Position numbers and translations under genes: made by a program. A stretch of DNA of 64,000 bases, taken from contig OZ024741.1 in NCBI GenBank assembly GCA_964016885.1, positions 9,858,001 to 9,922,000 on the forward strand, in the 5' to 3' direction. The number at the start of each line of letters is the position of its first letter. Positions within the stretch are counted from its first letter, which is position 1. The DNA comes from Eledone cirrhosa. Taxonomy: Eukaryota. Under the pieces are notes generated by a model, which searched no databases, was not told the origin of the DNA, and saw only the letters and a list, made by a program, of their open reading frames with translations. Below are positions 26,601-41,600 of the stretch, piece after piece.

Positions 26601-29600
26601 GAGGGAGCTATAGTCAATAGTATCTACTTTACCATGGTAGATGTTATACCAACACTATACCACTAGAGGGAGCTATAGTCGTTAGTATCTACTTTACTGT
26701 GGTAGATGTTATACCAACACTATACCAACAGAGGGAGCTATAGTCAATTGTATCTACTTTACTGTGGTATATGGTATACAAACACTATACCACTAGAGGG
26801 AGCTATAGTCAATAGTATCTACTTTAATGTGGTAGATGTTATACCAACACTATACCAATAGAGGGAGCTATAGTCAATAGTATCTACTTTAATGTGGTAG
26901 ATGTTATACCAACACTATACCAATAGAGGGAGCTATAATCAATAGTATCTACTTTACTGTGGTAGATGTTATACCAACACTATACCAACATAGTGAGCTA
27001 TAGTCAATAGTATCTACTTTACTGTGGTAGATGATATACCAACACTACACCACTAGAGGGAGCTATAGTCAATAGTATCTACTTTACTGTGGTAGATGTT
27101 ATACCAACACTATACCAATAGAGGGAGATATAGTCAATAGTATCTACATTACTATGGTAGAGATGTTATACCAACACTATACCACTAGAGGGAGCTATAG
27201 TCAATAGTATCTAATTTACAGTGGTAGATGTTATACCAACACTATACCAATAGAGGGAGCTATAGTCAATAGTATCTACTTTACTGTGGTAGATGTTATA
27301 CCAACACTACACCACTAGAGGGGGCTATAGTCATTAGTATCTACTTTACTGTGGTAGATGTTATACCAACACTATACCACTAGAGGGAGCTATATTCAAT
27401 AGTATCTACTTTACTATGGTAGAGATGTTATACCAACACTATATCAATAGAGGGAGCAATAGTCAATAGTATCTACTTTACTATGGTAGAGATGTTATAC
27501 CAACACTATACCACTAGGGGGAGCTATAGTCAATAGTATCTACTTTACTGTGGTAGATGTTATACCAACACTATACCAATAGAGGGAGCTATAGTCAATA
27601 GTATCTACTTTAGTGTGGTAGATGTTATACCAACACTACACCACTAGAGGGAGCTATAATCAATAGTATCTACTTTACTGTGTTAGATGTTATACCAACA
27701 CTATACCAATAGAGGGAGCTATAGTCAATAGTATCTACATTACTATGGTAGAGATGTTATACCAACACTATACCACTAGAGGGAACTATAGTCAATAGTA
27801 TCTAATTTACGGTGGTAGATGTTATACCAACACTATACATCTAGAGGGAGCTATAGTCAATAGTATCTACTTTACTGTGGTAGATGTTATACCAACACTA
27901 TACCAACAGAGCGAGCTATAGTCAATAGTATCTACTTTACTGTGGTAGATGTTATACCAACACTATACCACTAGAGGGAGCTATAGTCATTAGTATCTAC
28001 TTTACTGTGGTAGATGTTATACCAACACTATACCACTATTGGGTGCTATAGTCAATAGTATCTACTTTACTATGGTATATGGTATACAAACAATATACCA
28101 CTAGAGGGAGCTATAGTCAATAGTATCTACTTTAATGTGGTAGATGTTATACCAACACTATACCACTAGAGGCAGCTATAGTCAATAGTATCTACTTTAC
28201 TGTGGGAGATGTTATACCAACACTATACCACTAGAGGGAGCTATAGTCAATAGTATCTACTTTAATGTGGTAGATTTTATACCAACACTATACCAATAGA
28301 GGGAGCTATAGTCAATAGTATCTACTTTACTATGGTAGATGTTAACCAACACTATACCACCAGAGGGAGCTATAGTCAATAGTATCTACTTTACTGTGTT
28401 AGATGTTATACCAACACTATACCACTAGAGGGAGCTATAGTCAATAGTATCTACTTTACTATGGTAGATGTTATACCAACACTATACCAATAGAGGGAGA
28501 TATAGTCAATAGTATCTACTTTACTATGGTAGAGATGTTATACCAACACTATACCACTAGAGGGAGCTATAATAAATAGTATCTACTTTACTGTGGTAGA
28601 TGTGATACCAACACTATACACCTAGAGGGAGCTATAGTCAATAGTATCTACTTTACTATGGTATATATTATACCACCGCTATACCAATAGAGGGAGTTAT
28701 AGTCAATAGTATCTACTTTACTGTGGTAGATGTTATACCAACACTATACCAACAGAGGGAGCTATAGTCAATAGTATCTACTTTACTGTGGTAGATGTTA
28801 TACCAACACTATACCACAAGAGGGAGCTATAGTCAATGGTATCTACTTTAATGTGGTAGATGTTATACTAACACTATACTACTAGAGGGAGCTATAGTGA
28901 ATAGTATCTACTTTACTATGGTAGATGTTATACCAACACTATACCACTAGAGGGAGCTATAGTCAATAGTATCTACTTTACTATGGTAGATGATATACCA
29001 ACACTATACACCTAGAGGTAGCTATAGTCAATAGTATCTACTTTACTGTGGTAGATGTTATACCAACAATATACCAATAGAGGGAGCAATAGTCAATAGT
29101 ATCTACTTTACTGTGGTAGATGTTATACCAACACTACACAACTAGAGGGAGCTATAGTCAATAGTATCTACTTTACTGTGGTAGATGTTATACCAACACT
29201 ACACCACTAGAGGGAGCTATAGTCAATAGTATCTACTTTAATGTGGTAGATGTTATACCAACACTATACCAATAGAGGGAGCTATAGTCAATAGTATCTA
29301 CATTACTATGGTAGAGATGTTATACCAACACTATACCACTAGAGGGAGCTATAGTCAATAGTATCTAATTTACTGTGGTAGATGTTATACCAACACTATA
29401 CATCTAGAGGGAGCTATAGTCAATAGTATCTACTTTACTGTGGTAGATGTTATACCAACACTATACCAACAGAGGGAGCTATAGTCAATAGTATCTACTT
29501 TACCATGGTAGATGTTATACCAACACTATACCACTAGAGGGAGCTATAGTCATTAGTATCTACTTTACTGTGGTAGATGTTATACCAACACTATACCAAC

Positions 29601-32600
29601 AGAGGGAGCTATAGTCAATTGTATCTACTTTACTGTGGTATATGGTATACAAACACTATACCACTAGAGGGAGCTATAGTCAATAGTATCTACTTTAATG
29701 TGGTAGATGTTATACCAACACTATACCAATAGAGGGAGCTATAGTCAATAGTATCTACTTTAATGTGGTAGATGTTATACCAACACTATACCAATAGAGG
29801 GAGCTATAATCAATAGTATCTACTTTACTGTGGTAGATGTTATACCAACACTATACCAACATAGTGAGCTATAGTCAATAGTATCTACTTTACTGTGGTA
29901 GATGATATACCAACACTACACCACTAGAGGGAGCTATAGTCAATAGTATCTACTTTACTGTGGTAGATGTTATACCAACACTATACCAATAGAGGGAGAT
30001 ATAGTCAATAGTATCTACATTACTATGGTAGAGATGTTATACCAACACTATACCACTAGAGGGAGCTATAGTCAATAGTATCTAATTTACAGTGGTAGAT
30101 GTTATACCAACACTATACCAATAGAGGGAGCTATAGTCAATAGTATCTACTTTACTGTGGTAGATGTTATACCAACACTACACCACTAGAGGGGGCTATA
30201 GTCATTAGTATCTACTTTACTGTGGTAGATGTTATACCAACACTATACCACTAGAGGGAGCTATATTCAATAGTATCTACTTTACTATGGTAGAGATGTT
30301 ATACCAACACTATATCAATAGAGGGAGCAATAGTCAATAGTATCTACTTTACTATGGTAGAGATGTTATACCAACACTATACCACTAGGGGGAGCTATAG
30401 TCAATAGTATCTACTTTACTGTGGTAGATGTTATACCAACACTATACCAATAGAGGGAGCTATAGTCAATAGTATCTACTTTACTGTGGTAGATGTTATA
30501 CCAACACTATACCACTAGAGGGAGCTATAGTCATTAGTATCTACTTTACTGTGGTAGATGTTATACCAACACTATACCAACAGAGGGAGCTATAGTCAAT
30601 TGTATCTACTTTACTGTGGTATATGGTATACAAACACTATACCACTAGAGGGAGCTATAGTCAATAGTATCTACTTTAATATGGTAGATGTTATACCAAC
30701 ACTATACCAATAGAGGGAGCTATAGTCAATAGTATCTACTTTAATGAGGTAGATGTTATACCAACACTATACCAATAGAGGGAGCTATAATCAATAGTAT
30801 CTACTTTACTGTGGTAGATGTTATACCAACACTATACCAACAGAGGGAGCTATAGTCAATAGTATCTACTTTACTGTGGTAGATGTTATACCAACACTAC
30901 ACCACTAGAGGGAGCTATAGTCAATAGTATCTACTTTACTGTGGTAGATGTTATACCAACACTATACCAATAGAGGGAGATATAGTCAATAGTATCTACA
31001 TTACTATGGTAGAGATGTTATACCAACACTATACCACTAGAGGGAGCTATAGTCAATAGTATCTAATTTACTGTGGTAGATGTTATACCAACACTATACA
31101 TCTAGAGGGAGCTATAGTCAATAGTATCTACTTTACTGTGGTAGATGTGATACCAACACTATACCAACAGATGGAGCTATAGTCAATAGTATCTACTTTA
31201 CTGTGGTATATGTTATTCCAACACTATACCAATAGAGGGAGCTATAGTCAATAGTATCTACTTTACTGAGGTAGATGTTATACCAACACTATACCAACAG
31301 ATGGAGCTATAGTCAATAGTATCTACTTTACTGTGGTAGATGTGATACCAACACAATACCACTAGAGGGAGCTATATTCAATAGTATCTACTTTACTGTG
31401 GTAGATGTGATACCAACACTATACCACTAGAGGGAGCTATATTCAATAGTATCTACTTTACTGTGGTAGATGTTATAACAACACTATACCAATAGAGGGA
31501 GCTATAGTCAATAGTATCTACTTTACTGTGGTAGATGTTATACCAACACTATACCAATAGAGGGAGCTATAGTCAATAGTATCTACTTTACTGTGGTAGA
31601 TTTTATACCAACACTATACCACAAGAGGGAGCTATAGTCAATAGTATATACTTTACTGTGGTATATGTTATTCCAACACTATACCACTAGAGGGAGCCAT
31701 AGTCAATAGTATCTACTTTACTGTGGTAGATGTTATACCAACTCTATACCAATAGAGGGAGCTATAGTCAATAGTATCTACTTTACTGTGGTAGATGTTA
31801 TACCAACACTATACCACTAGAGGGAGCTATAGTAATTAGTATCTACTTTACTGTGGTAGATGTTATACCAACACTATACCAACAGAGGGAGCTATAGTCA
31901 ATATTATCTACATTACTGTGGTATATGGTATACAAACACTATACCACTAGAGGGAGCTATAGTCAATAGTATCTACTTTAATGTGGTAGATGTTATACCA
32001 ATAGAGGGAGCTATAGTCAATAGTATCTACTTTAATGTGGTAGATGTTATACCAACACTATACCAATAGAGGGAGCTATAATCAATAGTATCTACTTTAC
32101 TGTGGTAGATGTTATACCAACACTATACCAACAGAGGGAGCTATAGTCAATAGTATCTACTTTACTGTGGTAGATGTTATACCAACACTATACCAATAGA
32201 GGGAGATATAGTCAATAGTATCTACATTACTATGGTAGAGATGTTATACCAACACTATACCACTAGAGGGAGCTATAGTCAATAGTATCTAATTTACTGT
32301 GGTAGATGTTATACCAACACTATACATCTAGAGGGAGTTATAGTCAATAGTATCTACTTTACTGTGGTAGATGTTATACCAACACTATACCAATAGAGGG
32401 AGCTATAGTCAATAGTATCTACTTTACTGTGGTAGATGTAATACCAACACTATACCACTAGAGGGAGCTATAGTCAATAGTATCTACTTTACTGTGGTAG
32501 ATGTTATACCAACACTATACCACTAGAGGGAGCTATAGTCAATAGTATCTACTTTACTGTGGGAGATGTTATACCAACACTATACCAATAGAGGGAGCTA

Positions 32601-35600
32601 TATTCAATAGTATCTACTTTAATGTGGTAGATGTTATACCAACACTATACCACTAAAGGGAGCTATAGTCAATAGTATCTACTTTACTATGGTAGATGTT
32701 ATACCAACACTATACCAACAGAGGGAGCTATAGTCAATAGTATCTACTTTACTGTGGTAGATGTTATACCAACACTATACCACTAGAGGGAGCTATAGTC
32801 AATAGTATCTACTTTACTGTGGTAGATGTTATACCAACAGTATACCACTAGAGGTAGCTATAGTCAATAGTATCTACTTTACTGTGGTAGATGTTATACC
32901 AACACTATACCGCAAGAGGGAGCTACCGACAATAGTATCTACTTTACTGTGGTAGATGTTATACCAACACTATACCACTAGAGGGAGCCATAGTCAATAG
33001 TATCTACTTTACTGTGGTAGATGTTATACCAACAGTATACCACTAGAGGGAGCTATAGTCAATAGTATCTACTTTACTGTGGTAGATGTTATACCAACAC
33101 TATACCAACAGAGGGAGCTATAGTCAATTGTATCTACTTTACTGTGGTATATGGTATACAAACACTATACCACTAGAGGGAGCAATAGTCAATAGTATCT
33201 ACTTTAATGTGGTAGATGTTATACCAACACTATACCAATAGAGGGAGCTATAGTCAATAGTATCTACTTTAATGTGGTAGATGTTATACCAACACTATAC
33301 CAATAGAGGGAGCTATAATCAATAGTATCTACTTTACTGTGGTAGATGTTATACCAACACTATACCAACATAGTGAGCTATAGTCAATCGTATCTACTTT
33401 ACTGTGGTAGATGATATACCAACACTACACCACTAGAGGGAGCTATAGTCAATAGTATCTACTTTACTGTGGTAGATGTTATACCAACACTATACCAATA
33501 GAGGGAGATATAGTCAATAGTATCTACATTACTATGGTAGAGATGTTATACCAACACTATACCACTAGAGGGAGCTATAGTCAATAGTATCTAATTTACA
33601 GTGGTAGATGTTATACCAACAATATACCAATAGAGGGAGCTATAGTCAATAGTATCTACTTTACTGTGGTAGATGTTATACCAACACTACACCACTAGAG
33701 GGGGCTATAGTCATTAGTATCTACTTTACTGTGGTAGATGTTATACCAACACTATACCACTAGAGGGAGCTATATTCAATAGTATCTACTTTACTATGGT
33801 AGAGATGTTATACCAACACTATATCAATAGAGGGAGCAATAGTCAATAGTATCTACTTTACTATGGTAGAGATGTTATACCAACACTATACCACTAGGGG
33901 GAGCTATAGTCAATAGTATCTACTTTACTGTGGTAGATGTTATACCAACACTATACCAATAGAGGGAGCTATAGTCAATAGTATCTACTTTACTGTGGTA
34001 GATGTTATACCAACACTACACCACTAGAGGGAGCTATAATCAATAGTATCTACTTTACTGTGTTAGATGTTATACCAACACTATACCAATAGAGGGAGCT
34101 ATATTCAATAGTATCTACATTACTATGGTAGAGATGTTATACCAACACTATACCACTAGAGGGAGCTATAGTCAATAGTATCTAATTTACTGTGGTAGAT
34201 GTTATACCAACACTATACATCTAGAGGGAGCTATAGTCAATAGTATCTACTTTACTGTGGTAGATGTTATACCAACACTATACCAACAGAGCGAGCTATA
34301 GTCAATAGTATCTACTTTACTGTGGTAGATGTTATACCAACACTATACCACTAGAGGGAGCCATAGTCATTAGTATCTACTTTACTGTGGTAGATGTTAT
34401 ACCAACACTATACCAACAGAGGGAGCTATAGTCAATTGTATCTACTTTAATATGGTAGTTATTATACCAACACTATACCAATAGAGGGAGCTATAGTCAA
34501 TAGTATCTACTTTAATGAGGTAGATGTTATACCAACACTATACCAATAGAGGGAGCTATAATCAATAGTATCTACTTTACTGTGGTAGATGTTATACCAA
34601 CACTATACCAACAGAGGGAGCTATAGTCAATAGTATCTACTTTACTGTGGTAGATGTTATACCAACACTACACCACTAGAGGGAGCTATAGTCAATAGTA
34701 TCTACTTTACTCTGGTAGAGATGTTATACCACCAACACTATACCAATAGAGGGAGCTATAATCAATAGTATCTACTTTACTGTGGTAGATGTTATACCAA
34801 CACTACACCACTAGAGGGAGCTATAGTCAATAGTATCTACTTTACTCTGGTAGAGATGTTATACCACCAACACTATACCAATAGAGGGAGATATAGTCAA
34901 TAGTATCTACATTACTATGGTAGAGATGTTATACCAACACTATACCACTAGAGGGAGCTATAGTCAATAGTATCTAATTTACTGTGGTAGATGTTATACC
35001 AACACTATACATCTAGAGGGAGCTATAATCAATAGTATCTACTTTACTGTGGTAGATGTTATACCAACACTATACCAACAGATGGAGCTATAGTCAATAG
35101 TATCTATTTTACTGTGGTAGATGTTATACCAACACTAAACCGCAAGTGGGAGCTATAGTCAATAGTATCTACTTTACTGTGATAGATGTTATACTAACAC
35201 TATACCACTAGAGGCAGCTATAGTCAATAGTATCTACTTTACTGTGGGAGATGTTATACCAACACTATTCCAATAGAGGGAGCTATAGTCAATAGTATCT
35301 ACTTTAATGTGGTAGATGTTATACCAACACCATACCAATAGAGGGAGCTATAGACAATAGTATCTACTTTACTATGGTAGATGTTAACCAACACTATACC
35401 ACTAAAGGGAGCTATAGTCAATAGTATCTACATTACTGTGTTAGATGTTATACCAACACTATACCACTAGAGGGAGCTATAGTCAATAGTATCTACTTTA
35501 CTATGGTAGATGTTATACCAACACTATACCAATAGAGGGAGATATAGTCAATAGTATCTACTTTACTATGGTAGAGATGTTATACCAACACTATACCACT

Positions 35601-38600
35601 AGAGGGAGCTATAGTCAATAGTATCTACTTTACTGTGGAAGATGTTATACCAACACTATACCACTAGAGGGAGCTATAGTCTATAGTATCTACTTTACTA
35701 TGGTAGATGTGATACCAACACAATACACCTAGAGGGAGCTATAGTCAATAGTATCTACTTTACTATGGTAGATATTATACCACCACTATACCAATAGAGG
35801 GAGTTATAGTCAATAGTATCTACTTTACTGTGGTAGATGTTATACCAACACTATACCAATAGAGGGAGCTATAGTCAATAGTATCTACTTTACTGTGGTA
35901 GATGTTATACCAACACTATACCACAAGAGGGAGCTATAGTCAATAGTATCTACTTTACTGTGGTAGATGTTATACTAACACTATACTACTAGAGGGAGCT
36001 ATAGTGAATAGTATCTACTTTACTATGGTAGATGTTATACCAACACTATACCACTAGAGGGAGCTATAGTCAATAGTATCTACTTTACTGTGGTAGATGT
36101 TATACCAACACTATACCAATAGAGGGAGCTATAGTCATTAGTATCTACTTTACTATGGTAGATATTATACCACCACTATACCAATAGAGGGAGTTATAGT
36201 CAATAGTATCTACTTTACTGTGGTAGATGTTATACCAACACTATACCAATAGAGGGAGCTATAGTCATTAGTATCTACTTTACTATGGTAGATATTATAC
36301 CAACACTGTACCACAAGAGGGAGCTATAGTCAATAGTATCTACTTTACTGTGGTAGATGTTATACCAACACTACACCAATAGAGGGGGCTATAGTCAATA
36401 GTATCTACTTTACTGTGGTAGAGGTTATACCAACGCTATACCAACAGAGGGAGCTATAGTCAATAGTATCTACTTTACTGTGGTATATGTTATACCAACA
36501 CTATACCGCAAGAGGGAGCTATAGTCAATAGTATCTACTTTAATGTGGTAGATGTTATACCAACACTATACCACAAGTGGGAGCTACCATCAATAGTATC
36601 TACTTTACTGTGGTAGATGTTATACCAACACTATACCACTAGAGGGAGCTATAGTCAATAGTATTTACTTTACTATGGTATATGGTATACAAACACTATA
36701 CCACTAGAGGGAGCTATAGTCAATAGTATCTACTTTACTATGGTAGATGTTATACCAACACTATACCAATAGAGGGAGATATAGTCAATAGTATCTACTT
36801 TACTATGGTAGAGATGTTATACCAACACTATACCACTAGAGGGAGCTATAGTCAATAGTATCTACTTTACTGTGGTAGATGTTATACCAACACTATACCA
36901 ATATAGGGAGCTATAGTCAATAGTATCTACTTTACTGTGGTAGATGTTATACCAACACTATAACAACAGAGGGAGCTATAGTCAATAGTATCTACTTTAC
37001 TGTGGGAGATGTTATACCAACAATATACCACAAGAGGGAGCTATAGTCAATAGTATCTACTTTACTATGGTAGATGTTATACCAACACTATACCACAAGA
37101 GGGAGCTACCGTCATTAGTATCTACTTTACTGTGGTAGATGTTATACCAACACTATACCAACAGAGGGAGCTATAGTCAATAGTATCTACTTTACTGTGG
37201 GAGATGTTGTACCAACACAATACCACTAGAGGGAGCTATATTCAATAGTATCTACTTTACTATGGTAGAGATGTTATACCACCAACACTATATTAATAGA
37301 GGGAGCTATAGTCAATAGTATCTAATTTACTGTGGTAGATGTTATACAAACACTATACCAATAGAGGGAGCTATAGTCAATAGTATCTACTTTACTATGG
37401 TAGAGATGTTATACCAACACTATACCACAAGAGGGAGATACCGTCAATAGTATCTACTTTACTGTGGTAGATGTTATACCAACACTATACCACTAGAGGC
37501 AGCTATAGTCAATAGTATCTAATTTACTTTGGGAGATGTTATACCAACACTATACCAATAGAGGGAGATATAGTCAATAGTATCTACTTTACTTTGGTAG
37601 ATGTTATACTAACACTATACCACTAGAGGAAGCTATAGTCAATAGTATCTACTTTACTATGGTAGATGTTATACCAACACTATACACCTAGAGGGAGCTA
37701 TAGTCAATAGTATCTACTTTACTATGGTAGATGTTATACCAACACTATACCAATAGAGGCAGTTATAATCAATAGTATCTACTTTACTGTGGTAGATGTT
37801 ATACCAACACTATACCAACAGAGGGAGCTATAGTCAATAGTATCTACTTTACTGTGGTAGATGTTATACCAACACTATACCACTAGAGGGAGCTATAGTC
37901 AATAGTATATACTTTACTGTGGTAGATGTTATACCAACACTATACCAATAGAGGGAGCTATAGTCAATAGTATCTACTTTACTGTGGTAGATGTTATACC
38001 AACACTATAACAACAGAGGGAGCTATAGTCAATAGTATCTACTTTACTGTGGGAGATGTTATACCAACAATATACCACAAGAGGGAGCTATAGTCAATAG
38101 TATCTACTTTACTATGGTAGATGTTATACCAACACTATACCAATAGAGGGAGATATAGTCAATAGTATCTACTTTACTATGGTAGAGATGTTATACCAAC
38201 ACTATACCACAAGAGGGAGCTACCGTCAATAGTATCTACTTTACTATGGTAGATGATATACCAACACAATACACCTAGAGGGAGCTATAGTCAATAGTAT
38301 CTACTTTACTATGGTAGATATTATACCAACACTGTACCACAAGAGGGAGCTATAGTCAATAGTATCTACTTTACTGTGGTAGATGTTATACCAACACTAT
38401 ACCAACAGAGGGAGCTATAGTCAATAGTATCTACTTTACTGTGGTAGATGTTATACCAACACTATACCACTAGAGGGAGCTATAGTCAATAGTATATACT
38501 TTACTGTGGTAGATGTTATACCAACACTATACCAATAGAGGGAGCTATAGTCAATAGTATGTACTTTACTGTGGTAGATGTTATACCAACACTATAACAA

Positions 38601-41600
38601 CAGAGGGAGCTATAGTCAATAGTATCTACTTTACTGTGGGAGATGTTATACCAACAATATACCACAAGAGGGAGCTATAGTCAATAGTATCTACTTTACT
38701 ATGGTAGATGTTATACCAACACTATACCAATAGAGGGAGATATAGTCAATAGTATCTACTTTACTATGGTAGAGATGTTATACCAACACTATACCACAAG
38801 AGGGAGCTACCGTCAATAGTATCTACTTTACTGTGGTAGATGTTATACCAACACTATACCAACAGTGATGGCTATAGTCAATAGTATCTACTTTACTATG
38901 GTAGATGTTATACCAACACTATACAACAAGAGGGAGCTACCGTCATTAGTATGTACTTTACTGTGGTAGATGTTATACCAACACTATACCAACAGAGGGA
39001 TCTATAGTCAATAGTATCTACTTTACTGTGGGAGATGTTGTACCAACACAATACCACTAGAGGGAGCTATATTCAATAGTATCTACTTTACTATGGTAGA
39101 GATGTTATACCACCAACACTATATTAATAGAGGGAGCTATAGTCAATAGTATCTAATTTACTGTGGTAGATGTTATACCAACACTATACCAATAGAGGGA
39201 GCTATAGTCAATAGTATCTACTTTACTATGGTAGAGATATTATACCAACACTACACCACTAGAGGGAGCTATAGTCAATAGTATCTACTTTACTGTGGTA
39301 GATGTTATACCAACACTATACCAATAGAGGGAGCTATAGTCAATAGTCTCTACTTTACTGTGGTAGATGTTATACCAACACTATACCAACAGAGGGAGCT
39401 ATAGACAATAGTCTCTACTTTACTGTGGGAGATGTTATACCAACACTATACCACAAGAGGGAGCTATAGTCAATAGTATCTATTTTACTGTGGTAGATGT
39501 TATAACAACACTATACCAATAGAGGGAGCTATAGTCAATAGTATCTACTTTAGTGTGGTAGATGATATACCAACACTATACCAATAGAGGGAGCTATTGT
39601 CAATAGTATATACTTTACTGTGGTAGATGTTATACCAACACTACACCACCTGAGGGAGCTATAGTCAATAGTCTCTACTTTACTGTGGGAGATGTTATAC
39701 CAACACTATACCACAAGAGGGAGCTACCGTCAATAGTATCTACTTTACTGTGGTAGATGATATACCAACACTATACCACTAGAGGCAGCTATAGTCAATA
39801 GTATCTAATTTACTGTGGGAGATGTTATACCAACACTATACCAATAGAGGGAGATATAGTCAATAGTATCTACTTTACTATGGTAGAGATGTTATACCAA
39901 CACTATACCACTAGAGGGAGCTATAGTCAATATTATCTACTTTACTGTGGTAGATGTTATACTAACACTATACCACAAGAGCGAGCTATAGTCAATAGTA
40001 TCTACTTTACTGTGGTAGATGTTATACTAACACTATACTACTTGAGGGAGCTATAGTGAATAGTATCTACTTTACTATGGTAGATGTTATACCAACACTA
40101 TACCACTAGAGGGAGCTATAGTCAATAGTATCTACTTTAATATGGTAGATGATATACCAACACTATACCACTAGAGGGAGCTATAGTCAATAGTATATAC
40201 TTTATGTGGTAGATGTTATACCAACACTATACCAATAGAGGGAGCTATAGTCAATAGTATCTACTTTACTGTGGTAGATGTTATACCAACACTATAACAA
40301 CAGAGGGAGCTATAGTCAATAGTATCTACTTTACTGTGGGAGATTTTATACCAACAATATACCACAAGAGGGAGCTATAGTCAATAGTATCTATTTTACT
40401 GTGGTAGATGTTATACCAACACTATAACACTAGAGGGAGCTATAGTCAATAGTATCTAATTTACTATGGCAGATGGTATACCAACACTATACCACTAGAG
40501 GGAGCTATAGTCAATAGTATCTACTTTAATGTGGGAGATGTTATACCAACACTATACCACTAGAGCCAGCTATAGTCAATAGTATCTACTTTCCTATGGT
40601 AGATGGTATACCAACACTATACCACAAGAGGGAGATACCGTCAATAGTATCTACTTTACTGTGGTAGATGTTATACCAATACTATACCACTAGAGGCAGC
40701 TATAGTCAATAGTATCTAATTTACTGTGGGAGATGTTATACCAACACTATACCAATAGAGGGAGATATAGTCAATAGTATCTACTTTACTATGGTAGATA
40801 TGTTATACCAACACTATACCACTAGAGTGAGCTATAGTCAATAGTATCTACTTTACTATGGTAGATATTATACCACCACTATAGCAATAGAGGGAGTTAT
40901 AATCAATAGTATCTACTTTACTGTGGTAGATGTTATACCAACACTATACCAATAGAGGGAGCTATAGTCAATAGTATCTACTTTAATGTGGTAGATGTTA
41001 TACCAACACTATATCACAAGAGCGAGCTATAGTCAATAGTATCTACTTTACTGTGGTAGATGTTATACTAACACTATACTACTAGAGGGAGCTATAGAGA
41101 ATAGTATCTACTTTACTGTGGTAGATGTTATACCAACACTATACCACTAGAGGGAGCTATAGTCAATAGTATCTTCTTTACTATGGTAGATGATATACCA
41201 ACACAATACACCTAGAGGGAGCTATAGTCAATAGTATCTACTTTACTGTGGTAGATGTTATACCAACACTATCCCACTAGAGGGAGCTATAGTCAATAGT
41301 ATATACTTTACTGTGGCAGATGTTATAACAACACTATACCAATAGAGGGAGCTATAGTCAATAGTATCTACTTTACTGTGGTAGATGTTATACCAACACT
41401 ATACCACAAGAGGGAGCTACCGTCAATAGCATCTACTTTACTGTGGTAGATGTTATACCAACACTATACCAACAAAGGGAGCTATAGTCAACAGTATCTA
41501 CTTTACTGTGGGAGATGTTGTACCAACACAATACCACTAGAGGGAGCTATATTCAATAGTATCTACTTTACTATGGTAGAGATGTTATACCACCAACACT

